Assembly: GCA_017553685.1 (NCBI GenBank) | Contig: JAFZKH010000009.1 | Span: 36,945-100,944, forward strand | Reading direction: 5' to 3' | DNA: 64,000 nucleotides | Source of the DNA: Bacilli bacterium | Lineage (GTDB): Bacteria; Bacillota_I; Bacilli_A; RF39; UBA660 | In this document: piece after piece, positions 30,962 to 42,226 of the stretch | How positions within the stretch are numbered: position 1 is the stretch's first letter | Layout: the number at the start of each line of letters is the position of its first letter | Position numbers and translations under genes: made by a program | The notes under the pieces: model-generated | Databases searched by the model: none | The model's input: only the letters and a program-made list of their open reading frames with translations | Told to the model about the DNA's origin: nothing

Positions 30962-33284
30962 TAGAACCTCCCAAAAATTCTTTATAATCTTTTTTATCTA
31001 ATATTTTATAATCTTTTTCTTTTCTAAAACATACATCTTTATATTTACAATATGTACATGATACATCTTTATAATCTATCTTTTTAGGATCTATTTCAAA
31101 TGAAGATGATAATATATCATTAATCATATTATCTATTTTATCTTTTACTAATTCTTTAAGATTATTCATTTCTGTATCATCTAATACTTTAGCATTAGCA
31201 GATAAATCACCATCTTTTTTAGTAGACATACCATATATTATTTCACTCTTGTTAAATGAAGAATCTACTAAAGGAATCTTATCCATATTAGATGTTGTAT
31301 ATCCTTGTAGTTTTAAATTATTTTGTTTTATTTCATCTATAGATTTATTCTTATCATATGCTGGTATTCCATGTAATATCTTTTGAATATAGAATCCTAA
31401 AACTTCTACATTCTTGATATCTTTTAAATTATCAGATAGATATAAATAAACTGGTAATTGTAAATTAAGTCCATAATAACACTTACTTAAATCAAGTTCA
31501 GTATTACCTGTTTTATAGTCTATTATTATCATTATAGTTTTATCATTATCTTCTTTATATAATGCTTTATCTATAAATCCTTTAAATGTTATTTTTATAT
31601 TTTTGTCTAGATTAACTTCTACTCTTTGTTCTTCTAAAGATTTATCAAATGACATATATTTATATTGTTTATTAATAGTATCTATAATAAACTTTAATTC
31701 ACCCTTTAATTTTTTAATAAAGAATTTATCTTTATTAGTATAAATAATAGATTTAGATATCTCATCATACTCTTTATCAAAATCAAAGTCTTTATTATTC
31801 ATTTTAGATAATACTTCATGGAATAATTTACCTATTTCAATAGCACTAGTTTCTTCATCTTCCCTTATTTTAAGAACATTATCTAAATAATATTTAAATT
31901 TACATTCATAGAATTCATTCATAGATGAATAACTAAGATTTAACCCTTTAGTAAATGAATTAATAATCTTATTTGAATCTATCTTCTTGTATGAATTATC
32001 AAATCCATCTTTATAATATTCCTCATAATTAGAATATAAAGTTATTAATTCATTACTCTTTTCTCCATATTTAATATATCTATCTATATCTTTATATAAA
32101 AGAAGTACATTATATAAATTAGAACATTTATAATCATATATACTATCTTTTATTACTTCATAGTTTAATTCATCTATTAAGCTAGATGGATAGTACACAT
32201 TAAATGAAGATGATAATGAATAAGATATAGTTAGATTCTTTTTTGATTTAATATTATTTATTAGATTATCTTTATTAATCTTATTTATTTCATCTGATGT
32301 TTCTATTCCTAAAATAGTCTTTTCTTTATCACTAAAATAATCATCATCTTTGTATTTTGTATAAGCTAGTTCTTCAGTAAATCCTAGGAAGAATCCATAT
32401 TCATCATCATTTAATTCAGATAAATTAATGATATCCACAGCATTATCATAAGTGTCACTATCTGTATAAGTATTTTTAGCTTCACTATGAATCATATTAA
32501 TTCTATCCATTTTATCATCTATAAAATTACACTTATTAATTATTCTTATAAATGAATCTAAAATAGTTTTATTCTCACATATTAATTCTTCTTCATTAAT
32601 ATATTTGATTAATAAACTATTAAACTCCAATGTTTCAAAAATAGATCTATCACTTTTAAAATTAATTCTTATATTAAATAAACTAGATAAATATTTTAAA
32701 CTAAATAAATAATCATCACTTACATTAATAAGTTTTATTTTATTAATATCTACTCCATCATTTATTAATTTATTAATAGATGATAAAACAAATACTACTT
32801 CATTTTCTACTTTATTAAATGCATATATTTTATGATCATAATTATCTTTAGGATTATCTATTATTTCATAATCATAATCCTTTAAAATACCTCTTTGATA
32901 ATTATTTATATAATCATATCCATATATACCTATTCTTTTATTCTTTATATAATTAATAAACTCATTATCATATATTAGATCATCCTTTACTAATTCTTTT
33001 ATTTCTTTTAATTTATTCATTTTTGGATTATCTAATTTATCATTTATATATTTCAAATTATTTAAATATACCAAAGCATTATCATATTTAATATTATATT
33101 CTTTCATAATATGATAAATGGATTTTTGGTCAAAAGAAAAAGATAATGAACATAGAAGTTCATCTAATGACATGAATTTAACGTTTAATAACTCTTTTTC
33201 TTCACTTAGTTTTCTTAGTATTCTTTTTTTATTAGAATTACTAGTAACAACTAAATTATAATTTGTTAAATTCATCGTCATCAC
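30954..33284 (-). CDS. addB: AddB-like PD-(D/E)XK nuclease subunit
   Basis: LSYSSMNEFYECKFKY, GFIDK, IIDYKTG, LQLPVY, CTYCKYKDVC; precedes addA. Confidence 0.88.
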   Translation of the reverse strand: MMTMNLTNYNLVVTSNSNKKRILRKLSEEKELLNVKFMSLDELLCSLSFSFDQKSIYHIMKEYNIKYDNALVYLNNLKYINDKLDNPKMNKLKEIKELVKDDLIYDNEFINYIKNKRIGIYGYDYINNYQRGILKDYDYEIIDNPKDNYDHKIYAFNKVENEVVFVLSSINKLINDGVDINKIKLINVSDDYLFSLKYLSSLFNIRINFKSDRSIFETLEFNSLLIKYINEEELICENKTILDSFIRIINKCNFIDDKMDRINMIHSEAKNTYTDSDTYDNAVDIINLSELNDDEYGFFLGFTEELAYTKYKDDDYFSDKEKTILGIETSDEINKINKDNLINNIKSKKNLTISYSLSSSFNVYYPSSLIDELNYEVIKDSIYDYKCSNLYNVLLLYKDIDRYIKYGEKSNELITLYSNYEEYYKDGFDNSYKKIDSNKIINSFTKGLNLSYSSMNEFYECKFKYYLDNVLKIREDEETSAIEIGKLFHEVLSKMNNKDFDFDKEYDEISKSIIYTNKDKFFIKKLKGELKFIIDTINKQYKYMSFDKSLEEQRVEVNLDKNIKITFKGFIDKALYKEDNDKTIMIIIDYKTGNTELDLSKCYYGLNLQLPVYLYLSDNLKDIKNVEVLGFYIQKILHGIPAYDKNKSIDEIKQNNLKLQGYTTSNMDKIPLVDSSFNKSEIIYGMSTKKDGDLSANAKVLDDTEMNNLKELVKDKIDNMINDILSSSFEIDPKKIDYKDVSCTYCKYKDVCFRKEKDYKILDKKDYKEFLGGSNE

Positions 33285-33287
33285 CTT

Positions 33288-34235
33288 CTATTTATTATCT
33301 TTAGTTTCTATAAATAATTTATTAACATTATATTCAGGTAGTACTGCATATACATCTTTATTAATTGTAAAATGAAATACTTTTTCTTTTGATTTTAATT
33401 CTTCTCCATCAATACCCCATGATTTATCAGGTAAATGATCAAACTCTATAGTTAATTCAGATAATCTATAATATTCACAACCAGGAATATTATCTAAATC
33501 ATTACTATTCTTTAATATAAATAAAGACTTAACTATAGCAGGTTTAGATGTTAAAGAACAAAGTAATACTTCAAACTTATTATCATCTAATTTAGCATCA
33601 GGATATAAATTATTAACACCTGCTACTCTAGAACTATTAGTTATAAACATAAATGAATAATCTCCTTCATGTGTTTCACCATTTTGAGTAATCTTTAAAT
33701 GATTTGTTTTAATTTCTTCATTTATTTCTTTAGTAGCAAATAATAAATATCCAATTCTACCTAAAAACTCTTTTAGTTTTCTTGGAGTCTCATAAGAAAC
33801 ATTTACAAGGTTACCATAAGCTGCACAATATACAAAAGGAATACCATTTACCATAATTACATCTATATTCTTCTTAACACCTGTAAATATCCATTCTAAA
33901 TCTACTTCTATATTCTTAGAAAAGCCATACATAGTTCCAACATCATTAACAGTTCCTATAGGAAGATGTGAAAGAACTAATTTTTTCTTTCTTTTAAGAT
34001 TTCCTGTTACTGCTTCATTAAATGTTCCGTCTCCACCAGCAGCTATAACTAAATCAACATCATCTGGAAGTTCTTTAACAATATCAATTGTATGTCCTTT
34101 TCTTCTTGTCTTTTCAATAATCATAGAATATCCATAAGAATATGCAATATCTATAACTCTTTCATATGGAATTTTATTAACACCAATCCCACTTTTACTA
34201 TTATGAATAAGAACGCATTTTTTAAGTTTATCCAT
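33288..34235 (-). CDS. Diacylglycerol kinase family lipid kinase (YegS/BmrU)
   Basis: HNSKSG, AAGGDGTFNE, LPIGTVND, IDGE. Confidence 0.92.
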   Translation of the reverse strand: MDKLKKCVLIHNSKSGIGVNKIPYERVIDIAYSYGYSMIIEKTRRKGHTIDIVKELPDDVDLVIAAGGDGTFNEAVTGNLKRKKKLVLSHLPIGTVNDVGTMYGFSKNIEVDLEWIFTGVKKNIDVIMVNGIPFVYCAAYGNLVNVSYETPRKLKEFLGRIGYLLFATKEINEEIKTNHLKITQNGETHEGDYSFMFITNSSRVAGVNNLYPDAKLDDNKFEVLLCSLTSKPAIVKSLFILKNSNDLDNIPGCEYYRLSELTIEFDHLPDKSWGIDGEELKSKEKVFHFTINKDVYAVLPEYNVNKLFIETKDNK

Positions 34236-34260
34236 ACTATCACCAAGTTAATTATAACAT

Positions 34261-35733
34261 TTATAAAGAAATAAATTCAATATACTTTTTGCTATCTAAC
34301 AAGAGTTCCCTAACAAATATAGATGGTTTATTTTTATTAACAAAAAGATATACATTATTCTTAGTTCTAGTAAGAGCAACATAAAAGAGTCTTCTTTCTT
34401 CAAAAATGGAATTATCTTTAGCATCTATATATTTAAATATTTTAGGATTCTTCATTTTATTAGGAAAACCTACTACATCATCTTCTAAGTTTAATATAAG
34501 TACATTATCAAACTCTAATCCCTTTGATTTATGAATAGTCATATAATCAATCTTTTTATCTTTATATATAATTTTACTAGATTTGATTTTTATATCAACT
34601 GATTTAAGTTTATATATATCTTTAGAGTTCCTAATAAGAATAGTTATATTAGTATTTGCCGTATCTAAAAATCTTTTTAAGATTATATCTTCGTTATTGT
34701 TATAGTAAATAATCTTAATTGGTTTAGATAATCTCTTTGTAGATATAATCTTCTTTCTTATTTGAGTAATATTCTTTAAGATAAATTTAGTACTAACATT
34801 AGATAACTCTTGACTATATCTATATGTTCTATTTAATTTAATAATCTTAGAATAACCAAAGTATCTTTTAAATTGTAAAAACATTTTTATATCTGAACCT
34901 GAAAAAGCATATATAGATTGAAAATCATCTCCTACTGCAAATACTTTACTATTACAAATATCTTTTATAGTTTTAATTAATAAATATCTCTCATATGAAA
35001 TATCTTGATATTCATCAATAATAATATATTTATAGAACCTTTTTAATCCTAATTCTTTAGTTACATTAGTAGCTTTATTAATCATATCGTTAAAGTCTAT
35101 TAATCCCTGAGAATATAATTCATCTTGATAAATTAGATATATCTTATATATAAGTTTAAGAAGTATATTTCTTTTAGAAATCCTATTCATTAATTTATAA
35201 TCTATATTCTTTTGCTTATATAAATTTATAAATGATAGAATCACTTTTTTAAAATAATCTAATTCATAATTATAAAAGATTTCATCAATAATATATTCTA
35301 AATAATCACCAGATATACCATAAAAATAATTATGATCATCTAATAAAGATAATGATAATTTATGAAAAGTATATATATCCACAGGATACTTAATTCTTTC
35401 TTTTAAATCATCCACAGTATTATTAGTAAATGATATACATAATATATCTTTTGGGTCAATATTCTTATTCTCTATTAGATAATTAATCTTGTTAATAATA
35501 GTAGTAGTCTTACCTGAACCTGCTCCTGCTACTAAAAGTGTATTATCATCTATTAAAATAGATTTCTTTTGATAATAGTCTAATCTATCATCTAAATAAT
35601 TTATATTTTCTTTAATAAATAATTTATTATTTTTATCTATTTTATATCTTAAAATTATATTAAAAAATATATTAAATCTCTTTTTATTATTTAAATAATA
35701 ATTATAGTCTAAATATATATTTCTCATATACAT
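34261..35733 (-). CDS. Compact UvrD/helicase IV-like SF1 helicase
   Basis: AGAGSGKT, IIIDEYQD, VGDDFQSIY, TIHKSKGLE, EERRLFYVALTR. Confidence 0.9.
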   Translation of the reverse strand: MYMRNIYLDYNYYLNNKKRFNIFFNIILRYKIDKNNKLFIKENINYLDDRLDYYQKKSILIDDNTLLVAGAGSGKTTTIINKINYLIENKNIDPKDILCISFTNNTVDDLKERIKYPVDIYTFHKLSLSLLDDHNYFYGISGDYLEYIIDEIFYNYELDYFKKVILSFINLYKQKNIDYKLMNRISKRNILLKLIYKIYLIYQDELYSQGLIDFNDMINKATNVTKELGLKRFYKYIIIDEYQDISYERYLLIKTIKDICNSKVFAVGDDFQSIYAFSGSDIKMFLQFKRYFGYSKIIKLNRTYRYSQELSNVSTKFILKNITQIRKKIISTKRLSKPIKIIYYNNNEDIILKRFLDTANTNITILIRNSKDIYKLKSVDIKIKSSKIIYKDKKIDYMTIHKSKGLEFDNVLILNLEDDVVGFPNKMKNPKIFKYIDAKDNSIFEERRLFYVALTRTKNNVYLFVNKNKPSIFVRELLLDSKKYIEFISL

Positions 35734-35815
35734 TTTATTAACTCTTTACATATGAACTACCTTTGACTTTTAATTATTTTTTTAATATAATTAAAATATA
35801 ATAGGAGGGGATTGT

Positions 35816-36367
35816 ATGAAGAGCAAATTCTCTAAAATGATGAATATTTCATTTATAACTTCTGTCTGGTTTATAATACTAGGAGTAACTATGTTTATTC
35901 TTAGAAATAATAAAATAGATAGATTAGCATTAATAACAGCAGGTATATTTATATTCTATGGTGGTGCTAATATGATTGATGATTATAAAGCATTTAAGCC
36001 ATTCTATTTCTTTGACGGATTTACATCTGGATTATTATCTATAATACTTGGTGTAATAATTGCTATTAATAGAGAATCTATGATTGTATTACCAATAATA
36101 ATTGGACTTTGGTTTATTATTAGTTCTACATTTAAACTAAGAATGAGTTTGGCTTTAAAAGATACTAATAATAAAGCTTGGGTACCTACTTATGTGTTAT
36201 CATTAGTAACTATAGTAATTGGTTTATATTTAATAGTATATTTATCTATTAGTAATATTACTATATTTATGCTTGGTATATCATTTATACTATTTGCAAT
36301 TGTAGATATGATTGAAGTATTTATATTTAAGAAAAATATAAAAGCTATAGTAAGAGTATTTGAATAA
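35816..36367 (+). CDS. HdeD/DUF308 family membrane protein
   Basis: 6 TMs with GLLSIILG and IIGLWFII repeats. Confidence 0.75.
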   Translation: MKSKFSKMMNISFITSVWFIILGVTMFILRNNKIDRLALITAGIFIFYGGANMIDDYKAFKPFYFFDGFTSGLLSIILGVIIAINRESMIVLPIIIGLWFIISSTFKLRMSLALKDTNNKAWVPTYVLSLVTIVIGLYLIVYLSISNITIFMLGISFILFAIVDMIEVFIFKKNIKAIVRVFE

Positions 36368-36379
36368 AAAAAAGAAGAT

Positions 36380-36721
36380 TTAATCTTCTTTTTTTATTTT
36401 GTCTATTAAACTATCTATATTATTACCATATTCCATTGAATTATCATATATAAATTTTAATTCAGGCATTATTCTTATATCTAGTTTTCTTTTTTTAAGA
36501 ATTGCTCTTATAAATCCAGAGGCATCATTTAATTCTTTAGTTATTTTTTCTTTATCTTCATTTAAAGTAGTAAAGTATACTTTAGCATAAGATAAATCAT
36601 TAGCAAGATTCATAGATGTAATAGTAACAAACTTTAGATCTTCATCTTTAGCTTCAGTCATAAGTATATTACTTATTTCACTAATAAGCATACTTTCAAG
36701 TCTTTTTGTATGTATACTCAT
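36380..36721 (-). CDS. rbfA: Ribosome-binding factor A
   Basis: DLSYAKVYF, MPELKFIYD. Confidence 0.95.
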   Translation of the reverse strand: MSIHTKRLESMLISEISNILMTEAKDEDLKFVTITSMNLANDLSYAKVYFTTLNEDKEKITKELNDASGFIRAILKKRKLDIRIMPELKFIYDNSMEYGNNIDSLIDKIKKED

Positions 36722-38868
36722 TATCTTTTTACCTCTTGCATTTCATATGCTTCAATTATATCGTTTACTTTAATATCAGAGTAGTTTTCTAATGTAATAC
36801 CACATTCAAAACCTTTTTTAACTTCTTTAACATTATCTTTTTCTCTTTGTAAACTATTTATTTCTCCATCGTATACTACTACACCATCACGGATAAGTCT
36901 TGCTTTTGCATTTGACTTAATTACACCATTATATACTTTAGAACCTGCAATAGTTCCAACTTTAGAGAACTTAAATAATTGAAGTACTTTAGCAGATCCA
37001 ATTACTACTTCTTCATATTCAGGATCTAACATACCTTTCATAGCGTCTTCTAGTTCTTCAACTAGTTTATATATAACATTATATAATCTAATATCTACAC
37101 CATATGATTTAGCTATTTCAGTTACTTTAGAATCAGGTCTAACATTAAATCCAATTACTATAGCATCAGATGCTGATGCAAGTACTATATCAGATTCAGT
37201 AATAGCACCTACACCGCTTCTTATAACATTTACTGAAACATCTTCTACTTTAACCTTAGTTAATGCATTCTTAACAGCTTCTTCAGTACCATTAACATCA
37301 GTTTTTAGTACTACATTAATTTCTTTAGCACCTTCTTTAATTCTATTAAAGATATCATCTAAAGATACTGCAGAACCTGCTTTATCTTTTTTAAGTTTTT
37401 CTTTTTCTTTTCTATTTTCAGCAATAGCTTTAGCTTCTTTTTCATTTGAATAAGCCATAAATCTATCACCTGCTGTAGGTACATCAGATAATCCTGTTAC
37501 CTCTACTGGAGTAGATGGTAGCGCTTCAACTATTTCATTACCTAAATCATTTTTAAGAGTTCTTACTCTACCAAATGAAGTACCTACTACTACTGGATCA
37601 CCAATTCTAAGTGTTCCATTTTGTACAAGTAATGTTGCTGTAGGTCCATAGTTCTTATCTAATCTAGATTCAAGAACAGTACCTAAAGCATATCTATTTG
37701 GATTAGCTTTTAATTCTTTTACTTCTGCGATTAATTCTATATTTTCAAGTAATTTATCTACGCCTTCACCAGTTTTAGCAGAAATAAGAACATATACTGT
37801 ATCTCCGCCCCAAGCTTCTGGAATAAGTCCTTGTTTAGAAACTTCTTCAATTACTCTATCTGGATTAGCATCAGGTTTATCTATTTTATTAACTGCTACT
37901 ACTATAGGAACATTAGCAGCTTTAGCATGGTCTATTGCTTCAATTGTTTGAGGCATTACACCATCATCAGCAGCTACAATAATAATTACTATATCTGTAA
38001 TAGAAGCTCCTCTTGCTCTCATTTCAGTAAATGCAGCATGTCCTGGAGTATCTATAAATGTTAATTTTTTACCATTATGATCTATTTGATATGCACCAAT
38101 ATGCTGAGTTATTCCACCAAATTCTCCTTCAATAATAGAACTATTTCTAATATAGTCTAATAATGAAGTTTTACCATGGTCAACATGTCCCATAATAGTT
38201 ATAACTGGTGCTCTAAGTTCTAGATCTTTTTCATCATCAGTTATTTCTAATTTTTCAAAGTTAGTTATATCTTGAGATTCAAAACTCTTTAAAGTTTTAT
38301 CATAATCTATACATACTAGTTCTGCATCATCAAAAGATACAGTGTTATTTAAACTAGCCATAACTCCAAGACCCATTAATTTTTTAATAATTTCTACAGC
38401 TGGTACATTTAATTTTTCTGCTAATTTATTAACAGTCATACCATCTTCATAAACTATTACATTATCATCTTGAGTAGCAGTATTCTCTTGAAGTTTAGTT
38501 TTATTTTTATACATTGCTTTTTTCTTAGCACTAATATCTTCCCCTTCTACTACTTTCTTTTTAACTTTTTGAACTTTACCTTCGTCTTTAAATTTTAAAT
38601 TAGATGCTGAAGCTAAAACTTCTGCTTTATCATCTAATTCATCTTCTAATTCGTAGTCTTTTTCTTCATTATTTTCTTCCATATATACTGTTTCTTCTTC
38701 AGTATCTTCTTGATTATTCATTGTTAAAACAGTATCTAGGTCAATAACAGCGTCTTCAGATAAAATATCATCTTCATTTGATACTTCATAACCAAGTTCA
38801 TTTGCTTTTTTGATTATTTCTTCAACTGATCTATTAATATCTAAAGCATATTCTTTTACGCTCATCAT
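36721..38868 (-). CDS. infB: Translation initiation factor IF-2
   Basis: [24 protein letters not shown]. Confidence 0.98.
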   Translation of the reverse strand: MMSVKEYALDINRSVEEIIKKANELGYEVSNEDDILSEDAVIDLDTVLTMNNQEDTEEETVYMEENNEEKDYELEDELDDKAEVLASASNLKFKDEGKVQKVKKKVVEGEDISAKKKAMYKNKTKLQENTATQDDNVIVYEDGMTVNKLAEKLNVPAVEIIKKLMGLGVMASLNNTVSFDDAELVCIDYDKTLKSFESQDITNFEKLEITDDEKDLELRAPVITIMGHVDHGKTSLLDYIRNSSIIEGEFGGITQHIGAYQIDHNGKKLTFIDTPGHAAFTEMRARGASITDIVIIIVAADDGVMPQTIEAIDHAKAANVPIVVAVNKIDKPDANPDRVIEEVSKQGLIPEAWGGDTVYVLISAKTGEGVDKLLENIELIAEVKELKANPNRYALGTVLESRLDKNYGPTATLLVQNGTLRIGDPVVVGTSFGRVRTLKNDLGNEIVEALPSTPVEVTGLSDVPTAGDRFMAYSNEKEAKAIAENRKEKEKLKKDKAGSAVSLDDIFNRIKEGAKEINVVLKTDVNGTEEAVKNALTKVKVEDVSVNVIRSGVGAITESDIVLASASDAIVIGFNVRPDSKVTEIAKSYGVDIRLYNVIYKLVEELEDAMKGMLDPEYEEVVIGSAKVLQLFKFSKVGTIAGSKVYNGVIKSNAKARLIRDGVVVYDGEINSLQREKDNVKEVKKGFECGITLENYSDIKVNDIIEAYEMQEVKR

Positions 38869-38876
38869 AATTATCA

Positions 38877-39134
38877 CTACCCTTCTATTATATTTTTTAT
38901 TTGTTCATATATCTCGTTAGGTATTTTACATTCTAAATGTCTTTCAAGAGCATTAGTTTTAATTGCTTTATCAAGAACCTCTAAATCTTTTTTAATATAG
39001 GCCCCTCTACCATTTGCTCTTCCAGTCTCATCAACGAAAACTTCCCCTTCATTATTTCTTACTATTCTAACTAGATCTTTCTTTTCTAATTTTTCTCTAG
39101 TTATAACACATGTCCTAAGTGGTACTTTCTTCAT
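38877..39134 (-). CDS. ylxR: YlxR/RnpM (DUF448) RNA-binding protein
   Basis: PLRTCV, LVRIV, GRGAYI. Confidence 0.93.
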   Translation of the reverse strand: MKKVPLRTCVITREKLEKKDLVRIVRNNEGEVFVDETGRANGRGAYIKKDLEVLDKAIKTNALERHLECKIPNEIYEQIKNIIEG

Positions 39135-39144
39135 AATTACCTCC

Positions 39145-40251
39145 TTATTCTTCAGTAGCTTCTTCCTCTACTTCATAGTATTTATAAAGGTTAATTCCTT
39201 CTTCTTCTACTTGCTGTCTAGTCATAACATCAATCTTACATTTAGTAAGTCTAGCTGCTAATTTAACATTTTGTCCTTTTTTACCAATTGCTAAAGATAA
39301 ATTATCTCCTTCAGCAACAGCAATAGCTCTTTTATCTTTTTTATCTACTATATAAACTTCAACTTCTTTTGCAGGACTTAATGCATTCTTTATGAATTGT
39401 ACTAGATCAGTATCATATTTAACAACGTCTATTTTTTCACCATTTAATTCTTTAGAAATATTATTAATTCTAATACCTTTTTCACCAATACAAGCTCCAA
39501 TAGCATCTACTTTATCATTTTCTGAATAAACAGCTATCTTACTTCTTGAACCTGGATCTCTAGCAATAGAATAAAGCATAACTATACCATCTGATAATTC
39601 TGGTATTTCTACTTCTAATAATCTCTTTACAAAACCATAATGAGTTCTAGATAAGAATATAACAGGACCTCCCTTATTACCTTCTTCAATCTTAGTAACA
39701 TATACTTTAACTTGAGAACCCATAACAAGTTCTTCTCCTGGAATAATTTCTTTCTTTGGAAGTATTCCATGAGCTTTACCTAAATCTACATAATAGTTAG
39801 ATACGTCTTCTCTAGAAAGTGTACCAACAAGTAATTCTCCTTCTTTATCTTTAAATTCTTCCATGATACTTTCTCTTTCAGCTTCTCTAACTTTTTGAAC
39901 TAATACTTGTTTAGCAGCTCCAGCAGCTACTCTACCAAAATCTTTAGGAGTTACTTCTTCTTCTATTTCGTCTCCAACTTTTAGACCTTCTTTATTGTCT
40001 CCTAATTCTTCTAATAATACTTGTGAATCTTCATCTTCTTCTGGATTTATTTCTTCAACTACTTTTTTATAAGAAAATACTTTTATATCTCCAGTATCTT
40101 TATCAATTACTACTTTACTATTAGTAGCATTATATTCTCTTTTATAAGCAGCATTTAAAGCAGCTTCAGTATAAGATAATAATTCATCTTCAGATAAACC
40201 TTTTTCTTCAGATAAAACTGCTAATGCTTTTAATAATTCTTTACCATTCAT
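39145..40251 (-). CDS. nusA: Transcription termination factor NusA
   Basis: FGRVAAGAAKQ, ARDPGSRSK, LSLAIGKKGQN. Confidence 0.97.
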   Translation of the reverse strand: MNGKELLKALAVLSEEKGLSEDELLSYTEAALNAAYKREYNATNSKVVIDKDTGDIKVFSYKKVVEEINPEEDEDSQVLLEELGDNKEGLKVGDEIEEEVTPKDFGRVAAGAAKQVLVQKVREAERESIMEEFKDKEGELLVGTLSREDVSNYYVDLGKAHGILPKKEIIPGEELVMGSQVKVYVTKIEEGNKGGPVIFLSRTHYGFVKRLLEVEIPELSDGIVMLYSIARDPGSRSKIAVYSENDKVDAIGACIGEKGIRINNISKELNGEKIDVVKYDTDLVQFIKNALSPAKEVEVYIVDKKDKRAIAVAEGDNLSLAIGKKGQNVKLAARLTKCKIDVMTRQQVEEEGINLYKYYEVEEEATEE

Positions 40252-40496
40252 TATTCATCTTCTCCCTTCGAACATACATTAAGTATGTAACTTTCACTAA
40301 TTAAATCCGCTTCATCAAGAATTGGATTAATAATATGAGTTGCTTTAACACAAGTATTTAAATCAACATATGGTTTAGTATCAATTACTATAACTAAATT
40401 CATAGCACCATCAATATCTTCATAAGAAACAGATACTACTTCTATCTTTTCTTTAGATAATGGTTCCTCAATAAGTTTTTTAACCTTTTCTAGCAT
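40251..40496 (-). CDS. rimP: RimP, N-terminal domain only
   Basis: LVIVID..VDLNTC..INPILD..YILNVCSKG, positioned upstream of nusA. Confidence 0.85.
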   Translation of the reverse strand: MLEKVKKLIEEPLSKEKIEVVSVSYEDIDGAMNLVIVIDTKPYVDLNTCVKATHIINPILDEADLISESYILNVCSKGEDE

Positions 40497-40632
40497 ATTT
40501 CCTCCATACAAATATTAAAGAGTGAGGATCACCTCACTCTTCTTCGTTGTTAACATAGATTATAACAAAGATATTATATAATGTAAACACTTTTTATATA
40601 ATAATGTGATATAATTATATAGAGGTAATAAT

Positions 40633-41331
40633 ATGAAAAAGTATAAAGATTTGTTTATAGCACTTTTAACATTCTTATTATATTTTTTATTTAGTCCATT
40701 AATTGAAGAAATACTTCATTTATTTAATATAAATATTAAGAATTTAAATATAATTCCATTAAATATAATTTTAATAGTAGTAGATTTATCATTTATGGGA
40801 ATAGTATTCTTAATACATAAGAATGAAATAATAAAAGATTTTAAAGAGTTTATAGGTAATAAAGGTAAATGGTTCTTTAAATATATAGGATTATTTATAG
40901 GTTCAGTAGTTGTTATGGGAGCACTTAATCTAATACTATCTAAAATAACTAATATGAGTTCTAGTGAAAATGAAGAACTAGTTAGAGAGTTAATTAAAAA
41001 GTTCCCTGTTTATATGGCTGTGTCTACAATTTTATATGCGCCTTTTGTAGAAGAAATACTATTTAGAAAATGTGTTAGAAAAATAATACCTGGTAATGAT
41101 AAATTAGTTAAAATAGCATATATTTTAATTAGTGCAATTATATTTGGTTTAGTACATGTTATATCACTAGATGCTACATTTAATGACTTTTTAATGGGTA
41201 TACCATATATGGTTGTAGGTTTATCTCTTGGTTATATATATATTAAAACTGATAATGTATTTGCTACTATGCAATTTCATTTAATGCATAATACTATATT
41301 ACTTATATTACAGTTAGTAATGAGAGGTTAA
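40633..41331 (+). CDS. CPBP (CAAX/Abi) intramembrane metalloprotease
   Basis: EEILFR, FGLVH, HLMHN. Confidence 0.92.
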   Translation: MKKYKDLFIALLTFLLYFLFSPLIEEILHLFNINIKNLNIIPLNIILIVVDLSFMGIVFLIHKNEIIKDFKEFIGNKGKWFFKYIGLFIGSVVVMGALNLILSKITNMSSSENEELVRELIKKFPVYMAVSTILYAPFVEEILFRKCVRKIIPGNDKLVKIAYILISAIIFGLVHVISLDATFNDFLMGIPYMVVGLSLGYIYIKTDNVFATMQFHLMHNTILLILQLVMRG

Positions 41332-41332
41332 T

Positions 41333-42190
41333 ATGAAAAAAAGAATAGAAGAAGATTTAGAAGAGAAAAAGAGTCATAAACTTAGAATATTTATTTTTAT
41401 ACTTATAGCTATTATTTCATTTATTATTGTTTATGGTAGATTTATAGAACCTAGTTTTATGTTAGTAAATGAAATAAATATAGAAGATAATAATCTTAAT
41501 AAATCATTTGGTACTTTAAAAATAGTACATTTTACAGATATATTATATGGAAGTACTACTGATATAGAAACTATTAAAAAAATAGTTAATACTATTAATG
41601 ATAAAAAAGGAGATATAGTTATATATACTGGAGACCTAGTATATGAAGATACTTCTTTAGATGAGAAAGCTATTAATGAAATAGAAGAAGAATTATCTAA
41701 AATAAAAGCTAAGTATGTTAAATATTATGTTAGTGGTGATAATGATTCTAAGTTTGCTAGTTATGATACTTTAATGGCTAATGCAGGATTTGTATCATTA
41801 AATGATGATTATAAAATACTATATAATGAAGAAGCAGATTCTATATTAATTAGTGGTATTAAATATAACTCTAAATTAACATTCTTAGATGATATTCATT
41901 ATGATGGGTTTAAGATTAATATAATGCATACTCCAGATACAATGGATAAGATAGATCATTTAAACTATAATTATGTGTTTGCAGGGCATTCTTTATATAA
42001 CCAAATAAATATACCTGGAATAGATAAATTACTTCTTAAAAAGGGTTCTAATATGTATTATAAGAGTCATTATAAGACTAATGATACTAATCTATATATA
42101 AGTAATGGATTTGGTTCTGATACATTTAAATTTAGACTTAATAGTATTCCATCTATTAATGTATATAAAATTAAAAATACATCTAAATGA
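41333..42190 (+). CDS. Membrane-anchored metallophosphoesterase (YkuE-like, divergent)
   Basis: HFTD, YTGDL, GDND, MHTPD, AGHS. Confidence 0.88.
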   Translation: MKKRIEEDLEEKKSHKLRIFIFILIAIISFIIVYGRFIEPSFMLVNEINIEDNNLNKSFGTLKIVHFTDILYGSTTDIETIKKIVNTINDKKGDIVIYTGDLVYEDTSLDEKAINEIEEELSKIKAKYVKYYVSGDNDSKFASYDTLMANAGFVSLNDDYKILYNEEADSILISGIKYNSKLTFLDDIHYDGFKINIMHTPDTMDKIDHLNYNYVFAGHSLYNQINIPGIDKLLLKKGSNMYYKSHYKTNDTNLYISNGFGSDTFKFRLNSIPSINVYKIKNTSK

Positions 42191-42199
42191 TGTATTTTT
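42173..42199. terminator. Bidirectional terminator (copy 1)
   Basis: aaaaatacatc-taaat-gatgtattttt. Confidence 0.8.
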
Positions 42200-42226
42200 T
42201 GTTATAATTATATTAGAGGTAATAAT

